Below, piece after piece: positions 1 to 9,240 of a DNA stretch of 64,000 nt (position 1 is the first letter of the stretch; every line of letters begins with the position of its first letter). Under the pieces are notes generated by a model. It was not told the origin of the DNA and did no database searches. It saw only the letters and a list, made by a program, of their open reading frames with translations. Both the position numbers and the translations under genes were made by a program. The stretch comes from an uncultured Pseudomonadota bacterium (lineage in GTDB: Bacteria; Pseudomonadota; Alphaproteobacteria; RF32; CAG-239), in assembly GCA_902495305.1 (NCBI GenBank), contig CABUWG010000003.1:989-64988 (forward strand). Reading direction: 5' to 3'.

Positions 1-860
1 ATGCTCAGGTTTGTAATAATCACAAACGCGGCCATCGGCAGTTCGCCCAGCCATCCGGCAAAATTGCTGACAATAGAATAAGAACCATTGGTCGCCACGG
101 TTGTAATTGCCACGCCGTAACCGATTTTTCTTGTTGTTTTGCTGTCCGTCCACCAGGTGTCATATTTGCGGTCAAGCCCGAAACGCTTGTTGAGCTTCGG
201 ATTTTGTTTCATCTTGCGAATATAGAGCAAAATAAACAACGCCAGAAAAATTCGCACAATCAGCGTCGATGTCGCCGACCCCTGCGCCCCGAGTTCCGGA
301 AAGCCGAACTTTCCGTATACCAGCACCGGATTAATGATAATGTTCATAATATTTGCAATAATGCCGGCATACATGGCAATATGCGGCCGCCTGATAGATT
401 GCAAAAAGAAATTTCCGTTCACAAACAGCAGGATAAACGGAATAGACCAGGCAAAAATTGACAAGACCGGACTGGCGTTGTCAATCATCACGTCGCTTTG
501 TCTGAGCAAAGAAAACAAACCGCGGCCGTTTAATCCGATAATGGTAAATAAAATTGCCAGAATAACCAGATAACGCCGGCCTTCATAATAAATCTTGCCG
601 CAGGAAGCAAATTTGCGCGCCCCGAACTTTTGGGATGATTTGATCAAAATTCCGTGCAGCAGGCCGATAGGGATTGTGAATAGAACTGAAAAAACGGCGT
701 TGGCCAGCCCGATGTAAGCCAGCTGGTCGGTATTATAATGGCCGACGATAATCGTATCGACAATTCCCATAATGCCCATGGCCAGAAAAGAGATGGTAAT
801 CGGCAGCGACAGTCTGAAAATTTCTTTAATTTTTTTTATAAGTTCATGTTTTGCAGTCAT
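1..860 (-). CDS. MATE family efflux transporter, N-terminal ~286 codons (3' end runs off the window)
   Basis: The reverse-strand frame is open from ATG (complement of 858-860) to the window edge. It is absent from the ORF track because no stop lies inside the window. My translation starts MTAKHELIKKIKEIFRLSLPITISFLAMGIMGIVDTIIVGH, is multi-TM and NorM/MATE-like by recall. Confidence 0.75.
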   Translation of the reverse strand, partial: MTAKHELIKKIKEIFRLSLPITISFLAMGIMGIVDTIIVGHYNTDQLAYIGLANAVFSVLFTIPIGLLHGILIKSSQKFGARKFASCGKIYYEGRRYLVILAILFTIIGLNGRGLFSLLRQSDVMIDNASPVLSIFAWSIPFILLFVNGNFFLQSIRRPHIAMYAGIIANIMNIIINPVLVYGKFGFPELGAQGSATSTLIVRIFLALFILLYIRKMKQNPKLNKRFGLDRKYDTWWTDSKTTRKIGYGVAITTVATNGSYSIVSNFAGWLGELPMAAFVIITNLS

Positions 861-962
861 AATATTCACACATTCGGACAAAGTTCAAACTGCCCGCAAG
901 CTAGCATAATAAAATAACATTGGCAATCATAAAAAATTTTAATCAAAATCTTTCTAAAAGCC

Positions 963-979
963 TTGACTCTGGCAGTCAA
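963..979 (+). promoter_or_regulatory. Inverted repeat TTGACT-ctggc-AGTCAA overlapping a -35-like hexamer upstream of the SulP gene
   Basis: Read directly from the sequence. TTGACT is at 963-968 and its reverse complement at 974-979, ~55 nt upstream of the ATG. It could be a promoter or operator. No recognisable -10 consensus follows (TATTGC at best). Confidence 0.25.
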
Positions 980-1031
980 AGTAGTATTGCTATTACCCGC
1001 AAATAATCACGAATAAATATAAATCAGGAAG

Positions 1032-2771
1032 ATGATAAAGATGTTGGCTTATCTTAGAAAGATGCTGCGGGCATATGAAAAGAATTTTGCCCCGAAATTG
1101 TATGAAGTTTTAAAACACGGATATAATAAAGAATATTTCAGGCGCGATGCCGTTGCCGGTATGACGGTTGCCGTCATTTCCATTCCGTTGTCGCTGGCTC
1201 TGGCCATCGCTTCGGGGGTTGAACCGGCTCAAGGTTTGTATACGGCAATTGTCGCCGGATTTTTCATTGCTTTTCTTGGGGGAAGCCGCTATCAGATCGG
1301 CGGTCCGACAGGTGCTTTTGTTGTTGTAATCTTTAATGTTATGGCGCAGTTCGGATACCCCGGACTGGCAATGGTCATGGTCATGGCCGGTATGATTCTG
1401 ATGCTGGCCGGACTTCTGCGCTTCGGAACATATATCAAATACATTCCCTATCCGGTTGTTCTGGGCTTCACCGCCGGTATCGGCCTGTTGCTGATTTCTA
1501 CCCAGATAAAAGACCTGCTGGGGTTGGGCATTGACAACGTTCCGGCAGAATTCCTGCCCAAATGGAAAATGTATCTGGCCAACCTGAACACATTCAGCTG
1601 GGGCTCGGTTATTATTGCCGTATTGTCTTTGGGCTGCATTTTTTATATTCAGATAAAAAAAATCAAATTGCCGGCTTATCTGGTCAGTGTTGTCGGAGCC
1701 ACGGTTTTGGTTGTTATCTTCAGCATCTTTGGTTTGCATGTCGATACCATCGGCAGCAAATTCGGCGGCGTGCCGCATTTTCTTCCGGCGCCGGCTTTTC
1801 CTGAATTCAATCTTGACATGGCGTTAAAAGTCATGCCGAGTGCTTTCACCATCGCTTTTTTGGCCGGTGTTGAATCTTTGTTGAGCGCAACCGTTGTCGA
1901 CGGCATGAGCGGTGATAACCACAATTCCAATGCCGAGCTGATCGGGGAGGGAATTGCCAACATTGCCTCGGCCTTCTTCATGGGTGTGCCGGCAACGGGA
2001 GCGATTGCCCGTACGGCAACCAATTTTAAGGCTAAAGCCTATTCGCCGGTTGCCGGAATGATGCAAAGCGTTTTTTTGCTGCTGTTCATGCTGTTGCTCT
2101 CACCGGTTGCAAAGTTCATTCCTTTGGCCTGCTTGTCGGCGGTTTTGGTCATTATCGGCTGGAACATGCTGAATCTGGATAAAATGTTCAAGCTCGTCAC
2201 CGGCCCGAAAGGAGACAGATATACGTTGCTGGTAACGCTGTTTTTAACAATCTTGGTTGATTTAAATACGGCGATCAGTGTTGGTTTTATCATGGCAAGC
2301 ATTATATTTATGCACAGAATGAGCAAAGAAATTGAAATCGCCAATGACGATACGGTGCTTGAAGACGTTGGCGGCGGCCGCGATTTGACTCAGGTTCTGC
2401 ATGAACAAGGCGTTATGTCGCTGCGCTTGTCCGGCCCGTTGTTTTTTGGCGGAGCGTCTCAGGTTTCAAGCTTTTTGAAGAAAATTGACAAGAAACCGAA
2501 GGTTCTGATTCTGCGAATGGGATATGTTCCGGTGATAGACGCCAGCGGTGCTAATACGATTATCGAATTTGTCCGCCGCCTGCGGCCGTACGATACCAAG
2601 ATTATCCTTTCCAACATGAAGACGCAGCCCCGACGGATTTTGCACGATGCTCTGGAAAAAGAAAATCTGGTCAAAAACATTTCAACAGCCTCAACCTTTG
2701 AAAACGCGCTGAAAATGACGCGTCGCTGGCTCAAAAGAGAAAAAGAGGAACATATTGAAAAAATTGATTGA
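1032..2771 (+). CDS. SulP/SLC26 family inorganic anion transporter with C-terminal STAS domain
   Basis: 579-aa ORF with many hydrophobic helices and a STAS-like tail (VLILRMGYVPVIDASGANTIIEFVRRL). AGGAAG abuts ATG 1032, so ATG 1041 may be the true start. Confidence 0.9.
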   Translation: MIKMLAYLRKMLRAYEKNFAPKLYEVLKHGYNKEYFRRDAVAGMTVAVISIPLSLALAIASGVEPAQGLYTAIVAGFFIAFLGGSRYQIGGPTGAFVVVIFNVMAQFGYPGLAMVMVMAGMILMLAGLLRFGTYIKYIPYPVVLGFTAGIGLLLISTQIKDLLGLGIDNVPAEFLPKWKMYLANLNTFSWGSVIIAVLSLGCIFYIQIKKIKLPAYLVSVVGATVLVVIFSIFGLHVDTIGSKFGGVPHFLPAPAFPEFNLDMALKVMPSAFTIAFLAGVESLLSATVVDGMSGDNHNSNAELIGEGIANIASAFFMGVPATGAIARTATNFKAKAYSPVAGMMQSVFLLLFMLLLSPVAKFIPLACLSAVLVIIGWNMLNLDKMFKLVTGPKGDRYTLLVTLFLTILVDLNTAISVGFIMASIIFMHRMSKEIEIANDDTVLEDVGGGRDLTQVLHEQGVMSLRLSGPLFFGGASQVSSFLKKIDKKPKVLILRMGYVPVIDASGANTIIEFVRRLRPYDTKIILSNMKTQPRRILHDALEKENLVKNISTASTFENALKMTRRWLKREKEEHIEKID

Positions 2772-2829
2772 TTTCTCTTTTTGATAATCTAGAATGAAGA
2801 AAATTTTGGTTTCGGAGAAAGGAGAATTT

Positions 2830-3354
2830 ATGAGTCTGATTTTAGCATTTATCGCCGCTTTGGCCTACAGTGGCAAAGCTATGGCTAATCCGGCCTGTGC
2901 CGTTTGCACGATTGCCATCGGCGCGTCGCTGGAAATTGCCCGCAAACTTGGAGTTGATGACAGCGTTATCGGCGTTTGGGCCGGCGCATTTTTGACTTTG
3001 CTCGGATTCTGGCTGATTAAATGGTTTGATAAAAAAGGCTGGAACTTTAAAGGCCGCGATTTCTGGCTGATTGCCGTTTCTGTCGCCATGGTCGGCTTTG
3101 TATATGTCAGCGAGCTTGACTATACGCCGAAACCAATTCTGATTTTCTATCTTGATCCGTTCCTGTTCAGCGTTTTGGTCGGAATGCTGGTTCTGATCTG
3201 GTCTTCTGATTTCTATCAGTGGATGAAGCGTAAAAACGGCGGACATGCCCACTTTCCGTTTGAAAAGGTTTTTGTGCCGGTAGCGGCTCTGGCTCTTGTC
3301 AGCCTGTACTTCTACTATTTTCCGTTAGGAAACGGCATTGATGCCCTGATGTAA
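2830..3354 (+). CDS. Small integral membrane protein, unknown function
   Basis: Lies in ORF 2794..3354. I prefer ATG 2830 because GGAGAAAGGAGA precedes it. It has a signal-like N-terminus (MSLILAFIAALAYSGKAMA) and ~4 further hydrophobic segments. No family recognised. Confidence 0.5.
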   Translation: MSLILAFIAALAYSGKAMANPACAVCTIAIGASLEIARKLGVDDSVIGVWAGAFLTLLGFWLIKWFDKKGWNFKGRDFWLIAVSVAMVGFVYVSELDYTPKPILIFYLDPFLFSVLVGMLVLIWSSDFYQWMKRKNGGHAHFPFEKVFVPVAALALVSLYFYYFPLGNGIDALM

Positions 3355-3360
3355 CAAACG

Positions 3361-3387
3361 AAAGCCCCGAAGCAAAATCGGGGCTTT
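3361..3387 (+). terminator. Intrinsic terminator-like hairpin
   Basis: AAAGCCCCGA-agcaaaa-TCGGGGCTTT lies just after the stop at 3354. The T-run is short. Confidence 0.5.
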
Positions 3388-3481
3388 AAGTTATAAACAA
3401 TACCCCGTTATAAGATTGAACTTTTTTCCGATTTTTGTTACAAGCTAGCATTCATAATAAATTATGTCAGGTTGGTAAAAT

Positions 3482-4057
3482 ATGTTTCGTTATTGCCTTT
3501 ATATAATAGGAGCCTTGTGCTTGTCCGCCGCATCTGCGGCCGCTGAAGAAAACAGCTTTAAACTTTCGGAGGACTGGGGACAGAAGCTGCAAAATAATAT
3601 GGCTGCCGCCTGGAACGCAGAAAATTATGACCTCTACCTGCCGATAAACACCTGGCACAATCGTCTGCTGTATGATAAAGACAAAATTGATGACTATAAC
3701 GAAGAGCCTTGGGGAGTCGGGCTGGGCAAATCCTTTTACGATTCCGACGGCGACTGGCACGCCCTTTATGCCATGGGCTTCAAAGATTCCAATAAGCATT
3801 TGCAGACAATATTCGGCTATGCCTATCAACACAACTGGCCGCTTGACTGTTATGAAAAATGGCGCATCGGCGTCGGCTATACGCTCAGCCTGACGCAGCG
3901 TTCCGAATATGCCTACATTCCTGTTCCGCTGCCGTTGCCTCTGGCCGGTATCGGATATAAAAACTTCAATATTCAGGCCGCCTACGTCCCCGGTGTCAAA
4001 AACGACGGCAACGTCCTCTTCACATGGCTCCGATGGGAACTGAACAACGATTATTAA
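3482..4057 (+). CDS. pagP: Lipid A palmitoyltransferase PagP
   Basis: 191 aa with a signal peptide. Aligns by eye to E. coli PagP: YDLYLPINTWHNRLLYDKDKIDDYNEEPWGVGLG, DWHALYAMGFKDS (His and Asp-Ser catalytic positions), YIPVPLPLPLAGIGY, NGNVLFTWLRW. Confidence 0.85.
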   Translation: MFRYCLYIIGALCLSAASAAAEENSFKLSEDWGQKLQNNMAAAWNAENYDLYLPINTWHNRLLYDKDKIDDYNEEPWGVGLGKSFYDSDGDWHALYAMGFKDSNKHLQTIFGYAYQHNWPLDCYEKWRIGVGYTLSLTQRSEYAYIPVPLPLPLAGIGYKNFNIQAAYVPGVKNDGNVLFTWLRWELNNDY

Positions 4058-4088
4058 AAAAAATACTCCCGCTCGGGAGTATTTTTTA
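4058..4088 (+). terminator. Intrinsic terminator after pagP
   Basis: ATACTCCCG-ct-CGGGAGTAT followed by TTTTTT. Confidence 0.75.
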
Positions 4089-4157
4089 TTGCCATTCAAC
4101 GAGAATAGTGCTAAGAAGACATCCACAACTAATATTATTAATCAAATTTTTATAAAT

Positions 4158-4988
4158 ATGGAAAGAGAAAATTTCTTAAGTTTGGCAGATAGTGTTCAGA
4201 GAGAAAAAGATCTGAAATGGCTGTATGCGTATCCGGGCAGCAATTATAAGCTTATTTTGCACGGCAAGTCTCCGCACATGGCTCTTTTGGCAAAAGGGAT
4301 TGCCTCGGCAATAGAAAAAAGCTGGGGATATCGTCCGGAAATCAATGAAATTCCTGAGAGTCCTGATAACGGTTTTTTCAAAACTTTGGTTAGACTGGCA
4401 TGGGAAGATTATGGTACAAAATGTCTGTATATTGCCACGGATAAAATGTTGCGCGGGATTGAAGAGATTATCGGCAGAAACTGTTTTGAATACTGGGATT
4501 TTTCAGAAAATCCGTTCACCGGCAGTATCATTGATTGTTTTGAGCCGCCTATGGGAAGAAAAATACATAACGTCCATAATGCCTATGACAAAATCGGCGT
4601 TGTATCCTATACAAGTCTTCGGGTTGAAGCAAAAGACCTGACAACTCTGCTGCATGCGGCCTATTGGTATCAAATTCTGGGCAAAAAGATGTCAATCTAT
4701 CCGGAAATTTATTGCCAAACGGCAGAAAATGAAAAAGAGATAGAAAGATTTCTCAAAAAATTGGGTGTACGCCGCTGTAATTTCAATTACCCGACGGATA
4801 AAACTCCGGAACAGAATCTTTTGTATATTCGTCCGGCTTATTTTAACCCGGCTGCCATTGATTGCGATGAATATGTTGTTCCTTGCCATATGCCGGCATC
4901 TTCTCTGTTCAGAAAAATCTTTCATTCATGGTTTCTCAAATCTGATATGAAAAAGATATTATCAGAGCACCAAAACGTCTTGAACTGA
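4158..4988 (+). CDS. Hypothetical protein (~276 aa), no family recognised
   Basis: The track ORF 4089..4988 begins with TTG inside the pagP terminator. The first ATG after the terminator is 4158 (MERENFLSLADS). No SD-like motif lies upstream, and a strong terminator follows. Confidence 0.5.
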   Translation: MERENFLSLADSVQREKDLKWLYAYPGSNYKLILHGKSPHMALLAKGIASAIEKSWGYRPEINEIPESPDNGFFKTLVRLAWEDYGTKCLYIATDKMLRGIEEIIGRNCFEYWDFSENPFTGSIIDCFEPPMGRKIHNVHNAYDKIGVVSYTSLRVEAKDLTTLLHAAYWYQILGKKMSIYPEIYCQTAENEKEIERFLKKLGVRRCNFNYPTDKTPEQNLLYIRPAYFNPAAIDCDEYVVPCHMPASSLFRKIFHSWFLKSDMKKILSEHQNVLN

Positions 4989-4996
4989 TAATACCC

Positions 4997-5027
4997 AAAC
5001 ACTGCCTCGCAAAGGCAGTGTTTTTTT
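4997..5027 (+). terminator. Intrinsic terminator
   Basis: AAACACTGCC-tcgcaaa-GGCAGTGTTT plus a T-run. Confidence 0.75.
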
Positions 5028-5116
5028 GTTTTCCTCCACAGCATTCTGATTGCGGTTGAAAACGACGCACAAATTTGTTAAAAATAAATTATTCAGGATA
5101 ACAAAAGGAAAAGCTT

Positions 5117-5965
5117 ATGGAACAAAGAAAAATAAAAATCGGCAATTTTGAAATCGCCAATACCCTGCCGCTGGCTCTGTTGGCCGGCCCCTGTCAGATT
5201 GAAAGCCGCCAACACGCCGTTGATATGGCCGGTGCCATGGTGGAAATCACCAAAGAGTTGGGAATTAATTATGTCTTCAAAGCCTCTTTTGACAAGGCCA
5301 ACCGCACGTCGATTAACGGTGCCCGCGGTGTAGGGCTGGATGAAGGTATCAGAACCTTTGAAGAAATAAAAAAACTCTATAACAATATTCCGATAGTAAC
5401 GGACGTGCATGAAAAAGAACAATGCGCCCTCATTGCTCCGCATGTTGATATGCTCCAAATTCCGGCTTTTCTGTGCCGCCAGACAGATCTGGTTGTCGCT
5501 GCTGCCAAAACCGGAAAAGTCGTTAATATTAAAAAAGGACAGTTCTGTGCGCCTTGGGATATGAAACATATTGTCAAAAAAGCTGAAGATTCCGGAAATA
5601 TGAACGTCTGCCTGACCGAGCGCGGCGCTTCTTTCGGATACAACACGTTGGTCACTGACTTTCGCGGCCTGCCCAAAATGGCGCAGGATACCGGCTGTCC
5701 GGTTATTTTTGATGCAACCCATTCCGTCCAGCAGCCGAGCGGGCAGGGCGGAACTTCCGGCGGCCAGCGGGAATATGCGCCGGTTTTGGCCAGAGCAGCT
5801 GTTGCCGTTGGCGTTGCCGCCGTGTTTATTGAAACGCACGACAATCCGGACAAAGCTTTGAGCGACGGCCCGAACATGATTCCGCTGCATGATATGAAGA
5901 GGGTTCTGACCGAACTCATGGCCTATGACCATGTCACCAAAACCATGATTCACGACTATAAATAA
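5117..5965 (+). CDS. kdsA: 3-deoxy-8-phosphooctulonate (KDO-8-P) synthase
   Basis: 282 aa with LLAGPCQIES, FKASFDKANRTS, DVHE, LQIPAFLCRQTDL and IKKGQF motifs typical of KdsA. Confidence 0.95.
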   Translation: MEQRKIKIGNFEIANTLPLALLAGPCQIESRQHAVDMAGAMVEITKELGINYVFKASFDKANRTSINGARGVGLDEGIRTFEEIKKLYNNIPIVTDVHEKEQCALIAPHVDMLQIPAFLCRQTDLVVAAAKTGKVVNIKKGQFCAPWDMKHIVKKAEDSGNMNVCLTERGASFGYNTLVTDFRGLPKMAQDTGCPVIFDATHSVQQPSGQGGTSGGQREYAPVLARAAVAVGVAAVFIETHDNPDKALSDGPNMIPLHDMKRVLTELMAYDHVTKTMIHDYK

Positions 5966-6682
5966 ATGCAGTTTAGTGACGACGGTTATATTATCAATTT
6001 GCGCAAACACGGTGAGAGTTCGTTAATTCTCACCGTGTTAACGCGAGAACACGGCAAAGTCACCGGCTATGTCAAAAACTGTCTTCACAAACGCAATTTA
6101 GGGATTTATCAGCTCGGAAACCGCCTTCAGATAGAAGCATATTCCCGCGTGGATGAGAATATGCTGAGCATAAAAGCCGAACTGCTTGAGCCTTGCGCCG
6201 TCAACTTCATCAGCCATGCCGGCAAACTTGCAGCCTTATCCTCGCTCTGTGAACTATGCAATGCCGCCATGCCTGAACTCTCTCCTTTAGATAGATTTTT
6301 CTATTATATAGAAAGCTTTTTTAATCTGATAAATGAAGATAATTGGATAGCGCATTATTGTTTCTTCGAATTTTTCTTGCTTGACAATCTGGGCATCGGG
6401 CTCGACCTGAGCGAATGCGCCGCCACCGGCACAACGGAAAATCTGGCTTATGTTTCCCCCAAAAGCGGTCGTGCCGTTTGTGAAGAAGCCGGTTTTATTT
6501 ATAAAGAAAAGCTCTTTTCCTACCCGCATTTTATCGTTGCCGGCAATTATCGGCCGACACCGTCGGAAATGGCGGATTTGCTGAAGATGACCGAGTTTTT
6601 CCTCACAAAAAACTTTTTTCAAACTCACGGCTTGAAATTCCCGCAAAATCGTGCTAGTTTGCTTAACCAGTTAGAACTTTAG
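5966..6682 (+). CDS. recO: DNA repair protein RecO
   Basis: 238 aa. The N-terminal OB-fold-like segment DGYIINLRKHGESSLILTVLTREHGKVTGYVKN resembles RecO. The ATG directly follows the kdsA stop. Confidence 0.8.
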   Translation: MQFSDDGYIINLRKHGESSLILTVLTREHGKVTGYVKNCLHKRNLGIYQLGNRLQIEAYSRVDENMLSIKAELLEPCAVNFISHAGKLAALSSLCELCNAAMPELSPLDRFFYYIESFFNLINEDNWIAHYCFFEFFLLDNLGIGLDLSECAATGTTENLAYVSPKSGRAVCEEAGFIYKEKLFSYPHFIVAGNYRPTPSEMADLLKMTEFFLTKNFFQTHGLKFPQNRASLLNQLEL

Positions 6683-6702
6683 AAGAATAAAACAGAGTAA
6701 AA

Positions 6703-8928
6703 ATGCCTGAAATTGTTGAAGAAAAAATCCGCAGCGTGGCCTTGGCCGAAGAACTGAGCAGCCGCTATTTGTCTTACGCCATGTCGACAATCGTTTCCCG
6801 TTCTTTGCCGGACGTCCGTGACGGTCTGAAACCTGTCCACCGCCGTTTGCTCTTTGCCATGCGCCAATTGCACCTTGACCCGAAATCAAGCTTCAAGAAA
6901 TGCGCCCGCGTTGTCGGAGATGTTATCGGTAAATATCACCCGCACGGTGATTCCGCCGTTTATCAGGCAATGGCTCGTCTGGCACAAGATTTCTCGGTAC
7001 GTTATCCGCTGGTTGACGGACAGGGCAACTTCGGCAATATTGACGGTGACGGGCCGGCTGCCATGCGTTATACCGAAGCCCGCCTGACCGAATTTGCCAT
7101 GGCTTTGATGGAAGGGCTGAATGAGAACTCTGTTGACTTCAGAGAAACTTATGACGGAGAAGAAGATGAACCCGTCGTCATGCCGGCTGCTGTTCCTAAT
7201 TTGTTATGTAACGGAACTTCCGGTATTGCCGTCGGCATGGCCACCAATATCCCGCCGCATAATCTGAGCGAAGTCTGTGATGCGCTGCTTTATCAGATTG
7301 AAAATCCGGAATGCGAAATCGAACCTCTGGTCAAGCGCCTGAAAGGTCCGGACTTCCCGACCGGCGGCATTATCGTAGACAATTTTGCAAGCATCTTGGA
7401 AACCTACAAAACCGGCCGCGGATATTTTCGTATCCGTGCCCGATGGGAAACCGAAGACCTGAGCCACGGCCAGTATCAGATAATTATTAAGGAAATTCCT
7501 TATCAGGTTCAAAAATCCAAACTGATCGAAAAAATCGCCACGCTGCTGCAGGAGAAAAAGCTTCCGTTGCTGAGCGATGTCCGAGATGAATCGACCCATG
7601 ACGTCCGTATCGTACTGGAACCCAAAAACCGCACGGTTGACGCCAAACTGCTGATGGAACACCTGTTTAAAAACACGGATTTGGAAATCCGCTTCAGCAT
7701 GAACATGAATGTTTTGGATTCCGACGGCGTTCCGCGTGTGATGAGCATACAGGAAGTTCTGCGCGAATTTTTAAATCATCGTATGATTGTGTTAAAACGC
7801 CGTTCCAATTTCCGGCTCGATAAGATTAATGCCCGCATGGAAATCCTGTCCGGCTATCTGATTGCTTATCTCAATCTGGATGAAATCATTCGTATTATCA
7901 GGGAAGAAGACGATCCCAAAGCCAAAATGATTGCCGAATTTAAGCTGACGGAAAATCAGGCCGAAGCCATTTTGAATATGAAGCTGCGCAACCTGCGCAA
8001 GCTGGAAGAAGCCGAGATTAAAAATGAATACGACACACTTGCCGCCGAAAAAGGCGAACTGGAAAGCCTGTTGTCCAGCGAGGCCAAAATGTGGGAAGCT
8101 GTTGCCGCAGAAATTAAGGCCACCAAAGAAAAATTCGGCAAAAAAACGGCGCTCGGCCGCCGCCGCACCGAATTTGCCGAAGTTCCTGACGATATTGAGG
8201 TTCCGGTTGAAGTCTTTGTTGAAAAGGAACCGATTACCATTATCTTGTCACAAAAGGGCTGGATCAGATGTATCAAAGGCCATTCGGATTTGAACGAAGA
8301 ATTCAAATTCAAAGATGATGACTCGCTTCTCAAAGCCATCCATGCCCAGACGACGGACAAAATCATTCTGTTTGACACTTCCGGCAAGTTCTTCAACATT
8401 TCCGGCAGCGAGATTCCGAGCGGCCGCGGTTTCGGCCAGCCGCTGCGCCTGATGGTTGACTTGGGCAATAATGATAATATATGTGATATGTTTGCTTTTG
8501 AGCCCAAAGCGCAATATCTGATTGCTTCTAACACCGGCAAAGGCTTTTTGGTTGATGAAAACCACATCATTGCCCAAACCCGCAACGGCCGCAAGATTAT
8601 GAACCTTGGTGATAACGAAACGACGGTCTTTTGCAAAAAAATCACCGGCGATATGGTCGCCGTTATTGGTGACAACCGCAAGCTTCTGGTCTTTAAGGTT
8701 GAAGAAATTCCGACAATGGCGCGCGGACGCGGCGTAACGCTGCAAAAGTACAAGGACGGCGGCCTGTCAGACCTTCAAATCTTTAATGAAGCGGACGGCT
8801 TTGTCTATAACCGCGCCGGCGGCACAAAAACCGAAACCGAACTGTTGTCATGGCTCGGCCACCGCGGACAAGTCGGAAAACTGGCGCCGTTCGGCTTTCC
8901 GAAAAGCAATAAATTTTTGAAAGACTAA
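6703..8928 (+). CDS. parC: DNA topoisomerase IV subunit A
   Basis: 741 aa with a type IIA topoisomerase A-subunit N-terminus ([41 protein letters not shown]). The length and short C-terminal domain fit ParC better than GyrA. Confidence 0.88.
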   Translation: MPEIVEEKIRSVALAEELSSRYLSYAMSTIVSRSLPDVRDGLKPVHRRLLFAMRQLHLDPKSSFKKCARVVGDVIGKYHPHGDSAVYQAMARLAQDFSVRYPLVDGQGNFGNIDGDGPAAMRYTEARLTEFAMALMEGLNENSVDFRETYDGEEDEPVVMPAAVPNLLCNGTSGIAVGMATNIPPHNLSEVCDALLYQIENPECEIEPLVKRLKGPDFPTGGIIVDNFASILETYKTGRGYFRIRARWETEDLSHGQYQIIIKEIPYQVQKSKLIEKIATLLQEKKLPLLSDVRDESTHDVRIVLEPKNRTVDAKLLMEHLFKNTDLEIRFSMNMNVLDSDGVPRVMSIQEVLREFLNHRMIVLKRRSNFRLDKINARMEILSGYLIAYLNLDEIIRIIREEDDPKAKMIAEFKLTENQAEAILNMKLRNLRKLEEAEIKNEYDTLAAEKGELESLLSSEAKMWEAVAAEIKATKEKFGKKTALGRRRTEFAEVPDDIEVPVEVFVEKEPITIILSQKGWIRCIKGHSDLNEEFKFKDDDSLLKAIHAQTTDKIILFDTSGKFFNISGSEIPSGRGFGQPLRLMVDLGNNDNICDMFAFEPKAQYLIASNTGKGFLVDENHIIAQTRNGRKIMNLGDNETTVFCKKITGDMVAVIGDNRKLLVFKVEEIPTMARGRGVTLQKYKDGGLSDLQIFNEADGFVYNRAGGTKTETELLSWLGHRGQVGKLAPFGFPKSNKFLKD

Positions 8929-8965
8929 GCCTTCTTGGTCTTTCTTTTTCAGAAAGGATAACAAT

Positions 8966-9145
8966 ATGGCTGAAATCTTATTTGAATTTAAAAGAAGCGG
9001 CAATGTTGTCAAAGTCAGCGCCATAGAACCGGAAACCCAAACCGAAGTCAGCGTTGTTGTTCCGGCCAATTTGTCTGTTGATGAAATGAAGCTTCAGGCC
9101 GCCAAAAGACTAAACTACGTCTTAAAGAAAAAAGCCGCGGAATAA
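8966..9145 (+). CDS. Small conserved-looking protein, 59 aa (below ORF-track cutoff)
   Basis: ATG 8966 is preceded by AAGGAT, and the stop TAA is at 9143-9145. Translation: MAEILFEFKRSGNVVKVSAIEPETQTEVSVVVPANLSVDEMKLQAAKRLNYVLKKKAAE. It resembles a small alphaproteobacterial protein family from memory (unverified). Confidence 0.5.
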   Translation: MAEILFEFKRSGNVVKVSAIEPETQTEVSVVVPANLSVDEMKLQAAKRLNYVLKKKAAE

Positions 9146-9240
9146 CGGTGGAAAGAAACAAAATAATATTTAAAAAAACAAAAAAATAAGCTAAACTCAG
9201 CCCCAAGGGAAAATATTTTTAAATTTGGGGAAAATTAAAT

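Noticed and set aside
897-3460. Shared 10-mer CAAGCTAGCA followed by T..TAATAAA, upstream of sulP (897-915) and pagP (3441-3461).
   Set aside because: A single 10-nt coincidence in 64 kb of AT-rich intergenic DNA is not significant. No third copy was seen and the spacing to the genes differs.
5093-6010. 305-aa ORF antisense to kdsA, plus the shorter antisense ORF 5377..5919.
   Set aside because: It fully overlaps a gene with unmistakable KdsA motifs. The product is low-complexity and Arg/Gly-rich, as expected for an antisense frame, and there is no independent start context.
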